Of a DNA stretch of 64,000 nt, positions 7,697-17,765 are shown in pieces. Each line of letters begins with the position of its first letter. Within the stretch, counting starts at the first letter, position 1. The stretch spans positions 775,318-839,317 of the forward strand of contig CAWHEV010000009.1 in assembly GCA_963828485.1 (NCBI GenBank), in the 5' to 3' direction. The notes beneath the pieces are model-generated. The model had not been told where the DNA came from and did not search any database. It saw only the letters and a list, made by a program, of their open reading frames with translations. Position numbers and translations under genes: made by a program. The DNA is from an uncultured Chloroflexia bacterium (GTDB lineage: Bacteria > Chloroflexota > Limnocylindria > QHBO01).

Positions 7697-10600
7697 TCAG
7701 GCGGCCCCTCGAGCCTCCCTGGCCAGCACGTCGTCGCGTCGACGCCGGTGCCCGACGTGCTGACGGTGATCGATCACGTGCGCCAGGGCGCCGACGACGT
7801 CCAGCCGGAACGTCGTCGGGTCGCGGCGAAGCGCGTCAAGCGCCTCCGCCCGACCGACGCGCGGGCGTCCCGTGCCCGTCACCAGCTCGTCGTAGGCGCT
7901 CGTGACGCCGATGACGTGCGCACCGATCTCGCCGCGCGCGCGAGCGGCACGGCGGCGGCGCCTGGCCCCACCGGCGACCAGGCGCCGATGGGCCTCGATG
8001 AGGCTGGCCACGTCCTGCAACGAGGGGATCGGCGCGAGCTCGGCCACGCCGGCCTCGTCCAGGGTCTGAAGGCGCGCGGCCAGCTCGATGCAACGCGTCT
8101 CGTCGCGGTCGAGTTCGAGCTGCTCCGCCACCGCCCGAGCGAGCCGGCCGACGCGGTCGACGTGGCCGCGGCTGACCGCGCCACCGGACTCGACCGAGCG
8201 CGAGATGGTGAGGAGGGCGTCGCGGACCGAGCCGTCGCCTTCGTCGGCATCGGCAGCCGCGAAGCGGGCGGCCCTCTCGACGAAGTGCTCGACCGCGTGC
8301 TCGTCATCCCCCTCGCGCAGCGCCGCCGAGGCGAGCTCCTCGAGGGTCCCGCGCAGGTCCCCGACGTCGGGCGTCAGGCCGTCGGCGCGGACGACCCGAT
8401 CGTTGCCGGCGCGCTTGCCGTAGTAGAGGGCGGCGTCCGCCGCCGCGACGAGCCCGGCGCGCGTATCCGCGTCGGCCGGATAGCTCGCGACGCCAACGGT
8501 GATCGACACCGGCGCATGCTCGCCCTCGGTCAGGGCGGCTACGGCTCGCCGCACCCGGTTACCGACGCGAGCGGCCTGCTCGGCCGTCGTGCCGGGGAGG
8601 ATGAGGATGAACTCGTCGCCGCCGTAGCGATACACGCGGTCCTCGCTGCGCGCCGCGCCGTAGATCGCGTTCGCCGCGCGGTGCAGCAGGGCGTCGCCGG
8701 CGGGGTGCCCGTGCCGGTCGTTGTAGGCCTTGAAGCTGTCGAGGTCCATCATCAGAACCGAGAAGCGATGGTCCTCCGGGCGATCCTTCGCCTGGGCCGA
8801 ATCGACGAGGTTGGCCAGGTCACGCTGAAACGCTCCGTGGTTTCCGAAGCCGGTGAGGGCGTCGGTGTCGGCCAGCTTGCTCACGGCGTGGTGCGCGTCG
8901 GCGTTGCGCAGCGCAATCGAGGCCTGCGCGGCGAAGAGCTGAACGAGCTCGAAGTCGCTGGCGCTGAAGTAGACCTCGGGCCCGCCGACGCGAGACACGT
9001 TGACCGCGCCGAGCACCTCGCCGTCCGCCATGAGCGGGACGATCACGACGGCTTCCGGGTCCTCGGGCGTGCCGGGGATCTGCAGCGATCGCGGGTCGCT
9101 CAGGGCATCGTTGGCGAGGATCGGCTGCATGTGCTCGATCGCCCAGCCCATGAGGCCGCGACCGAAGGGGATGACGTAACGGCCGACCTCGTCGGCATGG
9201 TGCTCGCGCGTGAGCACCGGCTGCAGCACCCGCTGCTCGTGGTCGGCGCGATAGATCGAGAGGTTGTCGTACGCGACCACGTCCCTGAGGCCGTCGGCGA
9301 TCGTCTCGAGCACTCCTGCCTGGTCGAGCGTCGCCAGCAGGCGCTCGTTGATCTCGAGCAGGCGTCGCTGGGAGTCGGCACGGCGCGCCAGCTCGGAGGA
9401 CTGGGCGACCACCTGCCGGTAGCTCGTCGCATTGGCCATGGCCTGCGCCGCGTACCCGGCGAAGATGCTCATCGTCTGCAGGTCGTCGGTGGTGAATCGG
9501 TTGAATCCGAGCTGGCTGAGCACGATGACGCCGAGCGCCCTGCCCTCGTACAGCATCGGGACGACGAGCATCGACTCGGGGACGTCGTCGGTGCCGTCGA
9601 TGGTCTTGCCCCGCTCGTCGTCCAGCGCGTCGTTGACGAGGAGCGGCTCGCCATGCTCGGCAACCCAGCCGGTGAAGCCCTCGCCGATCTCGACCCGCAA
9701 GAGCGCCGCGGCCTCTTCGGGATCGGCGTCGAGCATCTCACGGGTGAAGGCGATCGGGTCGCAGGTGCGTCGCTCCCAGTCGACCTGGTAGATGCGGATG
9801 TCGTGGTAGTCGGCGAGCGGCTTCGCCTCGGTGACGATCGCCTCGGCGATGGCGCGCACGTCGGTCAGACGGTTCAGGCGTGCCGAGAGATCCTGAATCG
9901 AGCGCATGCGGGCGGCCTGGTCGGCAAGCGAGCGGTACAGGCGCGCGTTCTGGATCGCCACCGCGGCCTGGTCGGCGAATGCCTGCACCAGGGCGACCTC
10001 CTCCTCGGGCCACGTTCGCTCGTGGCCGTGATACAGGCCGAGAATCCCGAGCGTCTCGTCGGCCCCGACCAGCGGAACCAGGCAGGCGGTCCGGATGCCC
10101 TCGGCGGCGTACGTCTCCCGAAGCAGGCCCACGTCCGGGTCGGAGTCGGCCCGTTGCGTCGCATACGGCCGGCGCTGGCGGATGGCCCGCAGGCCGATCG
10201 TCTCATCGTCGGGCCGCAGGGCTGCGACCCGGTCGAGGAAGTCCTGGCTGAGGCCGTGGTGGGCTGCGACTTCAAACGGGCGTTCGCCGGCGCTCGTCAG
10301 CCACAGCCCGGCCTTGTCCGCGTCGAACAGCGAGCGGGTCAGGTCGACGACGTCCCCGAGGACCGCCGCGAGATCGAGGGTCCCGGTCAGATCCTTCAGG
10401 ACGGTCCGCAGCGCCCGTGCGCGGGTCACCTCGCGTCGCACCCGGGAGACCAGCGCCGCACTGGCCAGGGATGTCGACAGCGTCGCCGCCAGTGAGCGAA
10501 GGAAGGTCGCCGACAGCTTGCCCGCGGATGCCTCGTCGAGCAGCAGCGCCCCGACGGCGGAGCGCCGGGTGGCCAGCCGCACGACGACCTCGCCGGACGC

Positions 10601-11071
10601 GGTCGTCATCTCGGCGGTGGGAAGTTCCCGAGACGAGGGCGGCGGCTTCGCGAAGCCGGCGTGAGCCACCAGGTGGAGCGAGTCGCCGGTGACGGTATAC
10701 AGCGCCGCACGGTCGACCTCGGCCTCGGTTCGCAGCGCCTCGATCACCGCGCGCGCCACCGATGCAGCCGTTGGCGAGCTCGCCAGCCCGAGCGCCAGGT
10801 GCCGGAAGATCGCCAGCTCACGCTCCGCGCGATCGGGCTCCGGGCGGGCGTCGGTCTGTCCCTCGGGACCCACCTCGACCAGGAGACGGACGACGTCCCC
10901 ACGCCGGAAGCGCCGATCGCCCCTCGGATTGATCCGATACGCGGTCAGCCGCCCGGCGTCGGTCCAGGCGCGGATCGTGTTGGGATGCACGCCGAGCAGA
11001 GTCGCCGCCTGGGCGACCGTCAACAGCGTGTCGGCATCGTCTCGGGCCACGCGTACCTCACCTCGGTTCAC
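7697..11071 (-). CDS. multidomain signalling protein: HTH (MerR/excisionase-type)-GAF x3-GGDEF-degenerate HD-GYP
   Basis: N-terminal LTVAQAATLLGVHPNTIRAWTDAGRL HTH; repeated GAF-like blocks; GGDEF motif RYGGDEFILI with an upstream RSED I-site; C-terminal HVDRVGRLA...VTSAYDELVT, HD-GYP-like but lacking the HHE.DG.GYP core. Confidence 0.8.
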   Translation of the reverse strand: MNRGEVRVARDDADTLLTVAQAATLLGVHPNTIRAWTDAGRLTAYRINPRGDRRFRRGDVVRLLVEVGPEGQTDARPEPDRAERELAIFRHLALGLASSPTAASVARAVIEALRTEAEVDRAALYTVTGDSLHLVAHAGFAKPPPSSRELPTAEMTTASGEVVVRLATRRSAVGALLLDEASAGKLSATFLRSLAATLSTSLASAALVSRVRREVTRARALRTVLKDLTGTLDLAAVLGDVVDLTRSLFDADKAGLWLTSAGERPFEVAAHHGLSQDFLDRVAALRPDDETIGLRAIRQRRPYATQRADSDPDVGLLRETYAAEGIRTACLVPLVGADETLGILGLYHGHERTWPEEEVALVQAFADQAAVAIQNARLYRSLADQAARMRSIQDLSARLNRLTDVRAIAEAIVTEAKPLADYHDIRIYQVDWERRTCDPIAFTREMLDADPEEAAALLRVEIGEGFTGWVAEHGEPLLVNDALDDERGKTIDGTDDVPESMLVVPMLYEGRALGVIVLSQLGFNRFTTDDLQTMSIFAGYAAQAMANATSYRQVVAQSSELARRADSQRRLLEINERLLATLDQAGVLETIADGLRDVVAYDNLSIYRADHEQRVLQPVLTREHHADEVGRYVIPFGRGLMGWAIEHMQPILANDALSDPRSLQIPGTPEDPEAVVIVPLMADGEVLGAVNVSRVGGPEVYFSASDFELVQLFAAQASIALRNADAHHAVSKLADTDALTGFGNHGAFQRDLANLVDSAQAKDRPEDHRFSVLMMDLDSFKAYNDRHGHPAGDALLHRAANAIYGAARSEDRVYRYGGDEFILILPGTTAEQAARVGNRVRRAVAALTEGEHAPVSITVGVASYPADADTRAGLVAAADAALYYGKRAGNDRVVRADGLTPDVGDLRGTLEELASAALREGDDEHAVEHFVERAARFAAADADEGDGSVRDALLTISRSVESGGAVSRGHVDRVGRLARAVAEQLELDRDETRCIELAARLQTLDEAGVAELAPIPSLQDVASLIEAHRRLVAGGARRRRRAARARGEIGAHVIGVTSAYDELVTGTGRPRVGRAEALDALRRDPTTFRLDVVGALAHVIDHRQHVGHRRRRDDVLAREARGAA

Positions 11072-11173
11072 GACGCTCAGGGCAAATGGAGCTTTCGTTA
11101 GGAACCGTGCAGCAGATGCTAGAAACGGGAAGAGGCGGCGGCGATGCCCATTTGGTACCTGGCGGGCGGTACT

Positions 11174-11894
11174 TCAGCGGAGCATGGCCGTCACGAACGC
11201 GCCGATGCCGCCGATCGCGAGCAGCGCGACGGCCAGCCCGAGCCCGATCACCCCGCCAGCGGCCGCCCGTCGGTTCCTGCCGCCGAGGAGTCGCATCGCG
11301 TCCTCGAGCGCCAGGGCGCTGATGAGGTATCCGCCGTCCGGCGGACGGAGCGCCACGGCGCCATCCGGTCCGCGCTCGACGCGCGCGATCACCAGCAGGC
11401 GATCGGTGACGTTGATGCTCCTGGTGATCGAACGCGCGCGCGGTCGCCGGCCCGTGACGCTCGGCGAGGCGCGCCACCGCGGTCGCATGCGGATCCTCGA
11501 GCTCATCGGGGCTCCCGCGCCATACCTGGGGGATGGTGATGAGCGGGTCGGCCGCATCGGCCGGATCGATGCTCAGCGACCCGGCGTGATCCCACAGCTC
11601 GAACGAGCGAGTCTCGCGCATGCGCTCCACGCTCCGCCACGCGCCGCCGACCTCGACCTCGACATCGCGGTGGAAGGCAACGAGGCGCTCGCCGTCCCCC
11701 GCATCGAGCGGATCTCGACAGCGGATGCGACCGATGACTCGTATGGGCCGGCTGGGCAGCTCGCCGTCGTCGACGAGCGTCCCGACCGCCCGCTCGGCCG
11801 GGCCGGCGAGCCTGCGAGCGATCCCCGGCTCGGCGGCCGTGGCCCGCAGCACGAGAAGCGAGATCATCGCCACGACGACGCCTGCGACGACCAT
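11174..11894 (-). CDS. hypothetical membrane protein (apparent frameshift)
   Basis: N-terminal TM segment (MVVAGVVVAMISLLVL) in one frame and a C-terminal TM segment in the adjacent frame. The two join within a gcgcgcgcg run near 11433-11441. Confidence 0.3.
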
Positions 11895-11926
11895 CCCGAT
11901 GAAGACCGTGGCCGGACCCACCGCCG

Positions 11927-12400
11927 CTAGCCCGCCTCCGCGATGTCGGCCGCCGCGCCGTCGCTGACTCGCAGCAGGTCCGGCGGCGAGATGGCGAAGA
12001 CCGCATCCGGCAGGCCGGCGGCCGCCCAGACGGGATCGTGCCCCAGGAGGTCGCGGTCGACCACGACCCGCACCGAGCCCGCATGCGCGAATGGCGGGAC
12101 GCCGCCGATGGCGTAGCCGGTCGCCGTCCGCGCCTCGTCGCCGTCCGCCTTGCGCACCTCGGCGGCGCCGACGGCGGAGGCAAGCCGTTCGAGGTCGACC
12201 CGGTTCCCGCCGGACACGAGCGCGACGAGCGGTGCGCCGTCGGCGATGAAGACGAGCGACTTCACGATCTGATCCACGTCGCACCCCACCGCTCGCGCCG
12301 CATCGGCCGCGGTTCGCGTGCCCTCCGGGAATCGCTCGACCGCGATGTCGAGTCCAGCTTCTCGGGCAGCGGCGACCACGCGAGCCACGTTCGGGTGCAT
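11927..12400 (-). CDS. YbaK/aminoacyl-tRNA deacylase family protein
   Basis: Characteristic YbaK/ProX-like sequence (GYAIGGVPPF, SGGNRVDL). Confidence 0.75.
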   Translation of the reverse strand: MHPNVARVVAAAREAGLDIAVERFPEGTRTAADAARAVGCDVDQIVKSLVFIADGAPLVALVSGGNRVDLERLASAVGAAEVRKADGDEARTATGYAIGGVPPFAHAGSVRVVVDRDLLGHDPVWAAAGLPDAVFAISPPDLLRVSDGAAADIAEAG

Positions 12401-12449
12401 CGACCGATCATACGGTGAGTGCTAGGCTGCCACCGAACAAGCCAAAGAG

Positions 12450-12540
12450 ACGACAGGGGAGCGCGACAGCGCTGAGAGTGCGACGCCAACGCGTACGCAG
12501 ACCCTCGAACCTGATCCGGGTCATGCCGGCGAAGGAAGTC
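12450..12540 (+). ncRNA. TPP (THI-box) riboswitch
   Basis: GGGGAGCGCGACAGCGCTGAGAGTG...ACCCTCGAACCTGATCCGGGTCATGCCGGCGAAGGAAG matches the conserved CUGAGA and ACCC..GAACCUGAUC.GG.UAAUGCC.GCG.AGGGAA cores. Lies immediately 5' of the thiamine pyrophosphokinase start. Confidence 0.75.
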
Positions 12541-12541
12541 G

Positions 12542-13237
12542 ATGAGCCCGCTCGCCGTCTCGGCCGAGACCGTTGGAGGACCGATGCGGGTCGTGATCGT
12601 GGCATCCGGAGAGCTGGCGCCGGCGGACGCTCGCTGGCTGGATGGCGCCGACCTCGTCGTTGCCGCCGATGGCGGTGCGAACGCCCTCGATGGCGTCGGT
12701 CGTCGGCCGGATCTCCTCGTCGGCGACCTCGACTCGGCCGATCCCGCACTTGTCGAGCGACTGGCGGCCGACGGCGTCCGCGTCGAGCGACATCCGGCAG
12801 ACAAGGATGCGTCGGACACCGAGCTTGCGATGTCCGCAGCGCTGAACGCCGGCGCGACCGAGGTGATCCTGCTCGGGGCCCTGGGCGGCGCCCGCATCGA
12901 TCACGAGCTCGCCAATCTCCTGCTTCTTGCCGACGACGCACTTGCGGGCTGCACCGTTCGAGCCATTCGCGACACGACGACGATCCGGGTCCTGCGCGGC
13001 GGCGAGCGGCTGGCGATCGAGGGCGAACCGGGCCACATGGTCACGTTGCTGCCGCTCGCCGGTGACGCAGCCGGCGTGACGACCGATGGCCTCCGCTGGG
13101 CGCTCCGTGACGCCACGCTGCGGATGGGGCGGACGCGAGGGTTGAGCAACGTGGTCGCATCGACGCCGGCATCGGTCTCGCTCGAGCGCGGGGCGCTCCT
13201 CGTCGTCGAGACAGCCAACGAAAGGAGCAACCCATGA
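12542..13237 (+). CDS. thiN: thiamine pyrophosphokinase
   Basis: GDLDS motif, a KDASDTELA block typical of thiamine pyrophosphokinase and a C-terminal thiamine-binding domain. Confidence 0.75.
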   Translation: MSPLAVSAETVGGPMRVVIVASGELAPADARWLDGADLVVAADGGANALDGVGRRPDLLVGDLDSADPALVERLAADGVRVERHPADKDASDTELAMSAALNAGATEVILLGALGGARIDHELANLLLLADDALAGCTVRAIRDTTTIRVLRGGERLAIEGEPGHMVTLLPLAGDAAGVTTDGLRWALRDATLRMGRTRGLSNVVASTPASVSLERGALLVVETANERSNP

Positions 13238-13824
13238 CCACCACATCCCCCTCGCGGGGCTGGCGCACCGTCGACATCGTGGTCGGCGCGGTGATCGCCG
13301 TCGCCTTCGGGATCGCCTTCCTCGCGTGGAACTGGTTGGCGGCGGCCACCATCCCGCTCTTCGCATTCTTCCCGCCCGCGCAGGCGGTCCTCAACGGGCT
13401 CTGGCTGCTGCCGGCCGTCCTGGTCGGTCTCATCGTGCGCCTGCCCGGGGCCGCGTTCTTCGGCGGGTTCGTGGCGGCGGCCGTGTCGGTGGTCCTCGGC
13501 TCGGTCTACGGGGCCGATGCCCTCGTGTCGGGCCTGGTGCAGGGGATCGGGGCCGAGCTCGGATTCGCCCTCGGCCTCTATCGACGCTGGACGCTGCCGT
13601 TCGCGATCCTGTCGGGCGCGCTCGCCGGGTTGGCCGCGACGATTCACGACGTCCCGATCTACTACCGTGGCGCCGGTGCGGACATCTGGCTCGTCTACGG
13701 GATCGCGTCGCTGGCCAGCGGCGCCATCGTGGCCGGCATCGGAGGCTGGCTGCTGGTCCGCGGCCTCGTGAAGACCGGAGTCCTGGGCGAGTTCGCGGCG
13801 GGTCGCGAGCAGCCGTCCGTCTGA
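13234..13824 (+). CDS. ECF transporter S component (YkoE/thiamine-type)
   Basis: Roughly six-TM small integral membrane protein. Sits in a riboswitch-controlled operon ahead of a duplicated ECF ATPase and a T component. ATGA overlap with thiN. Confidence 0.7.
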   Translation: MTTTSPSRGWRTVDIVVGAVIAVAFGIAFLAWNWLAAATIPLFAFFPPAQAVLNGLWLLPAVLVGLIVRLPGAAFFGGFVAAAVSVVLGSVYGADALVSGLVQGIGAELGFALGLYRRWTLPFAILSGALAGLAATIHDVPIYYRGAGADIWLVYGIASLASGAIVAGIGGWLLVRGLVKTGVLGEFAAGREQPSV

Positions 13825-13834
13825 CCGCACCGGG

Positions 13835-15317
13835 TTGGTGGTGCGGGCCGTGATCGGTGAAGGCGGCCCGGTCCGAGTCGAGGCGAGGGGCTGGGGCCTT
13901 CGGCATCCGGGCCGCCGATCCTGGGCGCTCCGCGGCGTCGACCTGATCATCGAGCCCGGCGAGCGGGTCCTGCTCCTCGGGCCCTCGGGGGCTGGCAAGT
14001 CGACGCTCCTCGCCGCGCTGGCGGGCCTGGTCGATCCTTCGGGCGGCGCCGTCACCGAGGGCTCGATCGTGGTCGACGGGCTCGACCCGCGCGCCGCGCG
14101 GGACCGCACCGGCCTGCTCTTCCAGGATCCTGAGGCACAGGTCCTGATGGGCCGGGCCGGCGACGATGTCGCCTTCGGCCTCGAGAACCGGTGCGTCCCG
14201 ACCGACGCGATCTGGTCGCGGGTCGCTGCGGCGCTGGCCGCGGTCGAGTTCCCGTACGACGTCGATCGGCCCACCCATGCCCTGTCGGGTGGTGAGCTCC
14301 AGCGGCTGGCACTGGCCGGGACGCTGGCGCTGCGCCCCGGCCTGCTTCTGCTCGACGAGCCGACCGCCAGCCTCGATCCTGACAACGCGGCCGAGATCCG
14401 CGAGGTGCTCATCCGCGTCCTGGAGCGCACCGGCGCCACGATGATCCTGGTCGAGCACCGGGTGGACGAGGCGATGGCACTTGTCGACCGGGTCGTGGTG
14501 CTCGAGGCCGGTGGCGGCGTCGTCGCCGACGGTTCCCCGCGCGCGGTGTTCCGCGAGATGGGCACCGAGCTCGCCGACGCCGGCGTGTGGGTGCCGGACC
14601 AGCCGCCCGCCGGCCCGGGCGTCCGCGATCGGCCGATTCCCGAGACCCTGGTGATGGCCGATGCGGTCTCGTTCCGCTATCCGGGCGCGTCGTCGGACGC
14701 GGTCTCTGGCATCGACCTCCGGGTCCGCTCGGCGGAGGCCCTTGCCATCCTCGGCGCCGAACGGCTCGGGAAAGTCGACCCTTGCGCTGCTGATTGCCGG
14801 GCTCCTCGCGCCACGGACCGGCAGCGTCATCGCCGGTGAGGCGCTGTCGGCCGGTCACGGTCTGGAAGACCTGGCTCGGTGGCCGGCGCGGGACCTCGCC
14901 CGGCACGTCGGCACCGTCTTCCAGGACCCCGAGCACCAGTTCCTCACCGGATCGGTGCGCGACGAGCTGCTGCTGGGGCCGAGGCGGATCGGCCTCGACG
15001 CTCGGTCGGCCGAGCGTCGTGCCGACGAGCTGCTCGAGCGTCTCCATCTCGGACGGCTGGCTGCGGCGAACCCGTACACCCTGTCGGGCGGGGAGAAGCG
15101 GCGTCTTTCGGTGGCGACGGCCCTCGCGACGGCCCCGGCGCTCATCGTCCTCGACGAGCCGACGTTCGGCCAGGACCGGCGAACGTGGGGCGAGCTCCTC
15201 GGGTTGCTGGCGGCGCTGCGCGATTCCGGAAGAGGCGTGTGCTTCGTGACCCACGATCGCGCCTTCGCGCGCGCGCTCGCCGACCGCACCTTCTCGCTAT
15301 CGCGCCCGGCCGGCTGA
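13835..15317 (+). CDS. ECF transporter duplicated ATPase (YkoD-like, two ABC domains), apparent frameshift
   Basis: First ABC domain is intact (GPSGAGKST, LSGGELQRL, LLLDEPTASLD). Second domain continues in the +1 frame. gccgaacggctcgggaaagtcgacc near 14775-14790 would encode GANGSGKST if one nt were removed. Confidence 0.75.
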
Positions 15318-16121
15318 TGCGGTTGCTCACCCCGGTCGTTCCCGATCCGGCCGCGCCACTGGCGCGTGCGAACCCCGTCGCGAAGCTGGCTGCGGCGCTC
15401 ATCCTGATGGTCGCCCTCTTCGCGTCGATCGACGGAGTGACGGCGCTCATCATCCTCGCCGCCCTTCTCGCTTCGCTGCCGCTCAGTGGCATCCCCGTGT
15501 CGACCCTCATCGGTCGCGCGTGGCCGCTCGGGCTCCTGGCGATCTCGATCGGCGCGTTCAATGTCCTCTTCGCCGCCGAGCAGGTCGGCCCGACGGTGAT
15601 CAGCGCGGGACCGATCCAGATCGGTGCGCAGACCCTGCTGAACGGGGTGGGCCTCGCGCTCAGGCTGCTGGCGATCGGGACGGCCGGGCTGCTGGCGACG
15701 GCGACCAGCCAGCCGACCGACGTGGCCGATGCGCTCATCCAGCAGCTGCATGTCTCGCCGCGGTTCGCCATCGGCGCGCTGTCCGCCCTCCGACTCCTGC
15801 CCGTTCTCGCCCGCGAGCGGCAGACCATCGCCATGGCTCGCCGCGCGCGGGGCGTCGATGCCGGCCGCAACCCGGCGGTCGCGCCTGTGGCTCTTCGCGG
15901 GTCAGCTCATGAGCCTGCTCGTCGCCGCCATTCGCCGCGGCAGTCGCATGGCGCAGGCGATGGAGGCTCGTGGCTTCGGCGCCCGGCCCTGCCGGACCGT
16001 CGCGCGGGCTCAGCGCATGCGGCCCGGCGACTGGGGCCTCATCCTCGGCGCGTTCGTGCTGGCGGGCGGCGCGATCGCCATCAGCGTCGCGCTCGGCACG
16101 TGGCGACCGCTCATCGGATGA
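15317..16121 (+). CDS. ECF transporter T component (EcfT/CbiQ, YkoC-like), apparent frameshift
   Basis: ATG overlaps the ATPase stop (TGATG). N-terminal and central regions are in one frame. The conserved C-terminal ...AMEARGF... block follows in the next frame after about 15866-15880. Confidence 0.7.
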
Positions 16122-16137
16122 CGGCTGAGGACGATGG

Positions 16138-17127
16138 GTGTGCGCGCGTACCATCGGTCTCGTGTCCAAGTCCGAAGAGGTCCGATTCCGGGCCGGCAAC
16201 CAGTCGCTCGCCGGGACCCTGGTGCTTCCCGACGGTGACGGCCGGCATCCGTGGGTGCTCCTCGTCGGCAGCTGGCTGCCGCGAGACCGTGATGGCGCGT
16301 GGGATCGCGCCCGCCATCCGGGCTGGTTCGCAGATGCGGACCTCGGCGACCCGCCGGGCCTTCTCGCGCGCCTCGCCGATGCCCTGGCGGGTCGCGGGGT
16401 GGCGAGCTTTCGCCATGACCCGCGAGGCTGTGGCGCGTCCGACGGTGCCTGGGAGACGACAGACCTGTTCACCCGCATCGACGACGCGCGCGACGCGATC
16501 GGCGCGATGCGCTCCCGGCGCGAGCTCGACCTGCGGCGCGCGGCGATCGTCGGGCACGGCGAGGGAGCGATCGCGGCCATCAGCGCGGCGATCGCTGACC
16601 CGGCCATCGGCGCGGTTGGCCTGATCGGCGCGCCGGCCCGCTCGTGGCGGGACGTCCTGCGGCGAGGCGTCGCCGAGCGGAGCCGCACCGGCACGGACCG
16701 CCAGCACCCGATCGTGACCTCCTTCGACCGCGGCAGCGAGGACCTCATCGAGCGAGCCGAGCGGCGCGAGCCGAGCATGGACCTGGTGGTCGGAACCGAG
16801 GTCGTGGCGCTCAGCCTTGCGGCGACCGAGCAGGCCATCCACACGCCGGCGCTGGCGCTCGTGACCATGCTCCACCGCAACGTGCTCGTCGCCCACGGTG
16901 GTCGCGACGCATGGTCGGATCCCGACGAGGCCGGCCTGCTGGCCGCGAACCTCGCGAGCGCCGGGACCGATCCCGTCGTCCAGCTCCTCGACGGTGCCGG
17001 CCACGACCTCGCCGAGGTCGACGATGAGGGCATCGGCCGTCTCGCCGCGGCGATGATCTCCCGCATGGAACCGCGAGAGCTGCCGGCGGTGCTGGTCGCC
17101 ATCGAGCAGATGGATGGGGATGGCTAG
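16138..17127 (+). CDS. alpha/beta hydrolase fold protein
   Basis: Alpha/beta-hydrolase-like organisation with a nucleophile-elbow-like IVGHGEGA. The canonical Ser position appears to be Gly. Confidence 0.5.
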   Translation: MCARTIGLVSKSEEVRFRAGNQSLAGTLVLPDGDGRHPWVLLVGSWLPRDRDGAWDRARHPGWFADADLGDPPGLLARLADALAGRGVASFRHDPRGCGASDGAWETTDLFTRIDDARDAIGAMRSRRELDLRRAAIVGHGEGAIAAISAAIADPAIGAVGLIGAPARSWRDVLRRGVAERSRTGTDRQHPIVTSFDRGSEDLIERAERREPSMDLVVGTEVVALSLAATEQAIHTPALALVTMLHRNVLVAHGGRDAWSDPDEAGLLAANLASAGTDPVVQLLDGAGHDLAEVDDEGIGRLAAAMISRMEPRELPAVLVAIEQMDGDG

Positions 17128-17136
17128 ACTGCGAAC

Positions 17137-17601
17137 ATGACTCGACTGAGCGTCGGCGACGAGGCGCCCAAGTTCACCCTCAGCGCGGACGACGGCAGCG
17201 AAGTCAGCTCGGACGGGCTTGCCGGGACCAGGTACGTCCTCTACTTCTATCCAAAGGACGACACCCCTGGGTGCACCGCGCAGGCGTGCTCCCTTCGCGA
17301 CGGCTGGTCGCGGGTGATCGACACGGGAGTCACCCTGTTCGGCGTCTCGCCCGACAGCGTGAGGAGCCACGCGAAGTTCCACGACAAGTTCGCATTGCCG
17401 TATCAGCTCCTGGCTGACGAGGGCCACCGCCTGGCCGAGGCGTACGGGGTCTGGATCGAGAAGAACTTCGCCGGGCGCAGCTACTACGGCAACGAGCGGT
17501 CGACGTTCGTCATCGGCACCGACGGTCGCATCGAGCACGTCCTGGCCGCGGTCAAGCCGGCGGAGCACCTCGACCAGCTCATTGACGCCCTGGCAGCGTG
17601 A
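17137..17601 (+). CDS. bcp: peroxiredoxin Bcp (thiol peroxidase, AhpC/TSA family)
   Basis: YFYPKDDTPGCTAQACS peroxidatic Cys motif; 154 aa. Confidence 0.85.
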   Translation: MTRLSVGDEAPKFTLSADDGSEVSSDGLAGTRYVLYFYPKDDTPGCTAQACSLRDGWSRVIDTGVTLFGVSPDSVRSHAKFHDKFALPYQLLADEGHRLAEAYGVWIEKNFAGRSYYGNERSTFVIGTDGRIEHVLAAVKPAEHLDQLIDALAA

Positions 17602-17705
17602 ACGGCGGCTGGCGCGTCGCCGCGGCGACCTTCCTGGTCGCCTCGATCCTGCTGCTCGTCGTGCTCGGCATCTTGGCGTTCGCGGCACTGCTGTGGCCGA
17701 TCTGA
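17598..17705 (+). CDS. possible 35-aa hydrophobic peptide
   Basis: GTG start overlapping the bcp stop (GTGA). Encodes VNGGWRVAAATFLVASILLLVVLGILAFAALLWPI, a single TM helix. Confidence 0.2.
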   Translation: MNGGWRVAAATFLVASILLLVVLGILAFAALLWPI

Positions 17706-17765
17706 CGACGCTGGTGCTGGCACGGATCCTGCGTTCGAGCGCGGGTACCGCTCAAGGAGAAGAAC

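Noticed and set aside
11058-12284. 408-aa Arg/Gly-rich ORF spanning the region between the large signalling gene and ybaK
   Set aside because: Its composition (poly-R/G/A) is typical of spurious reading frames in about 70% GC DNA. Only its 11894-11440 segment carries a believable membrane-protein N-terminus; that segment is reported separately as a frameshifted gene.
14879-16624. 581-aa ORF that appears to run from inside the ECF ATPase gene through the T-component gene and beyond
   Set aside because: Only its middle portion (15317 to about 15870) is the real EcfT frame. The 5' part is antisense-like junk overlapping the ATPase, and the 3' part is out-of-frame read-through after the frameshift.
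16138-17127. Possible catalytically dead alpha/beta hydrolase (GHGEG instead of GxSxG)
   Set aside because: I cannot align the nucleophile elbow confidently without a profile. The Ser might lie elsewhere, so this is not raised as a finding.
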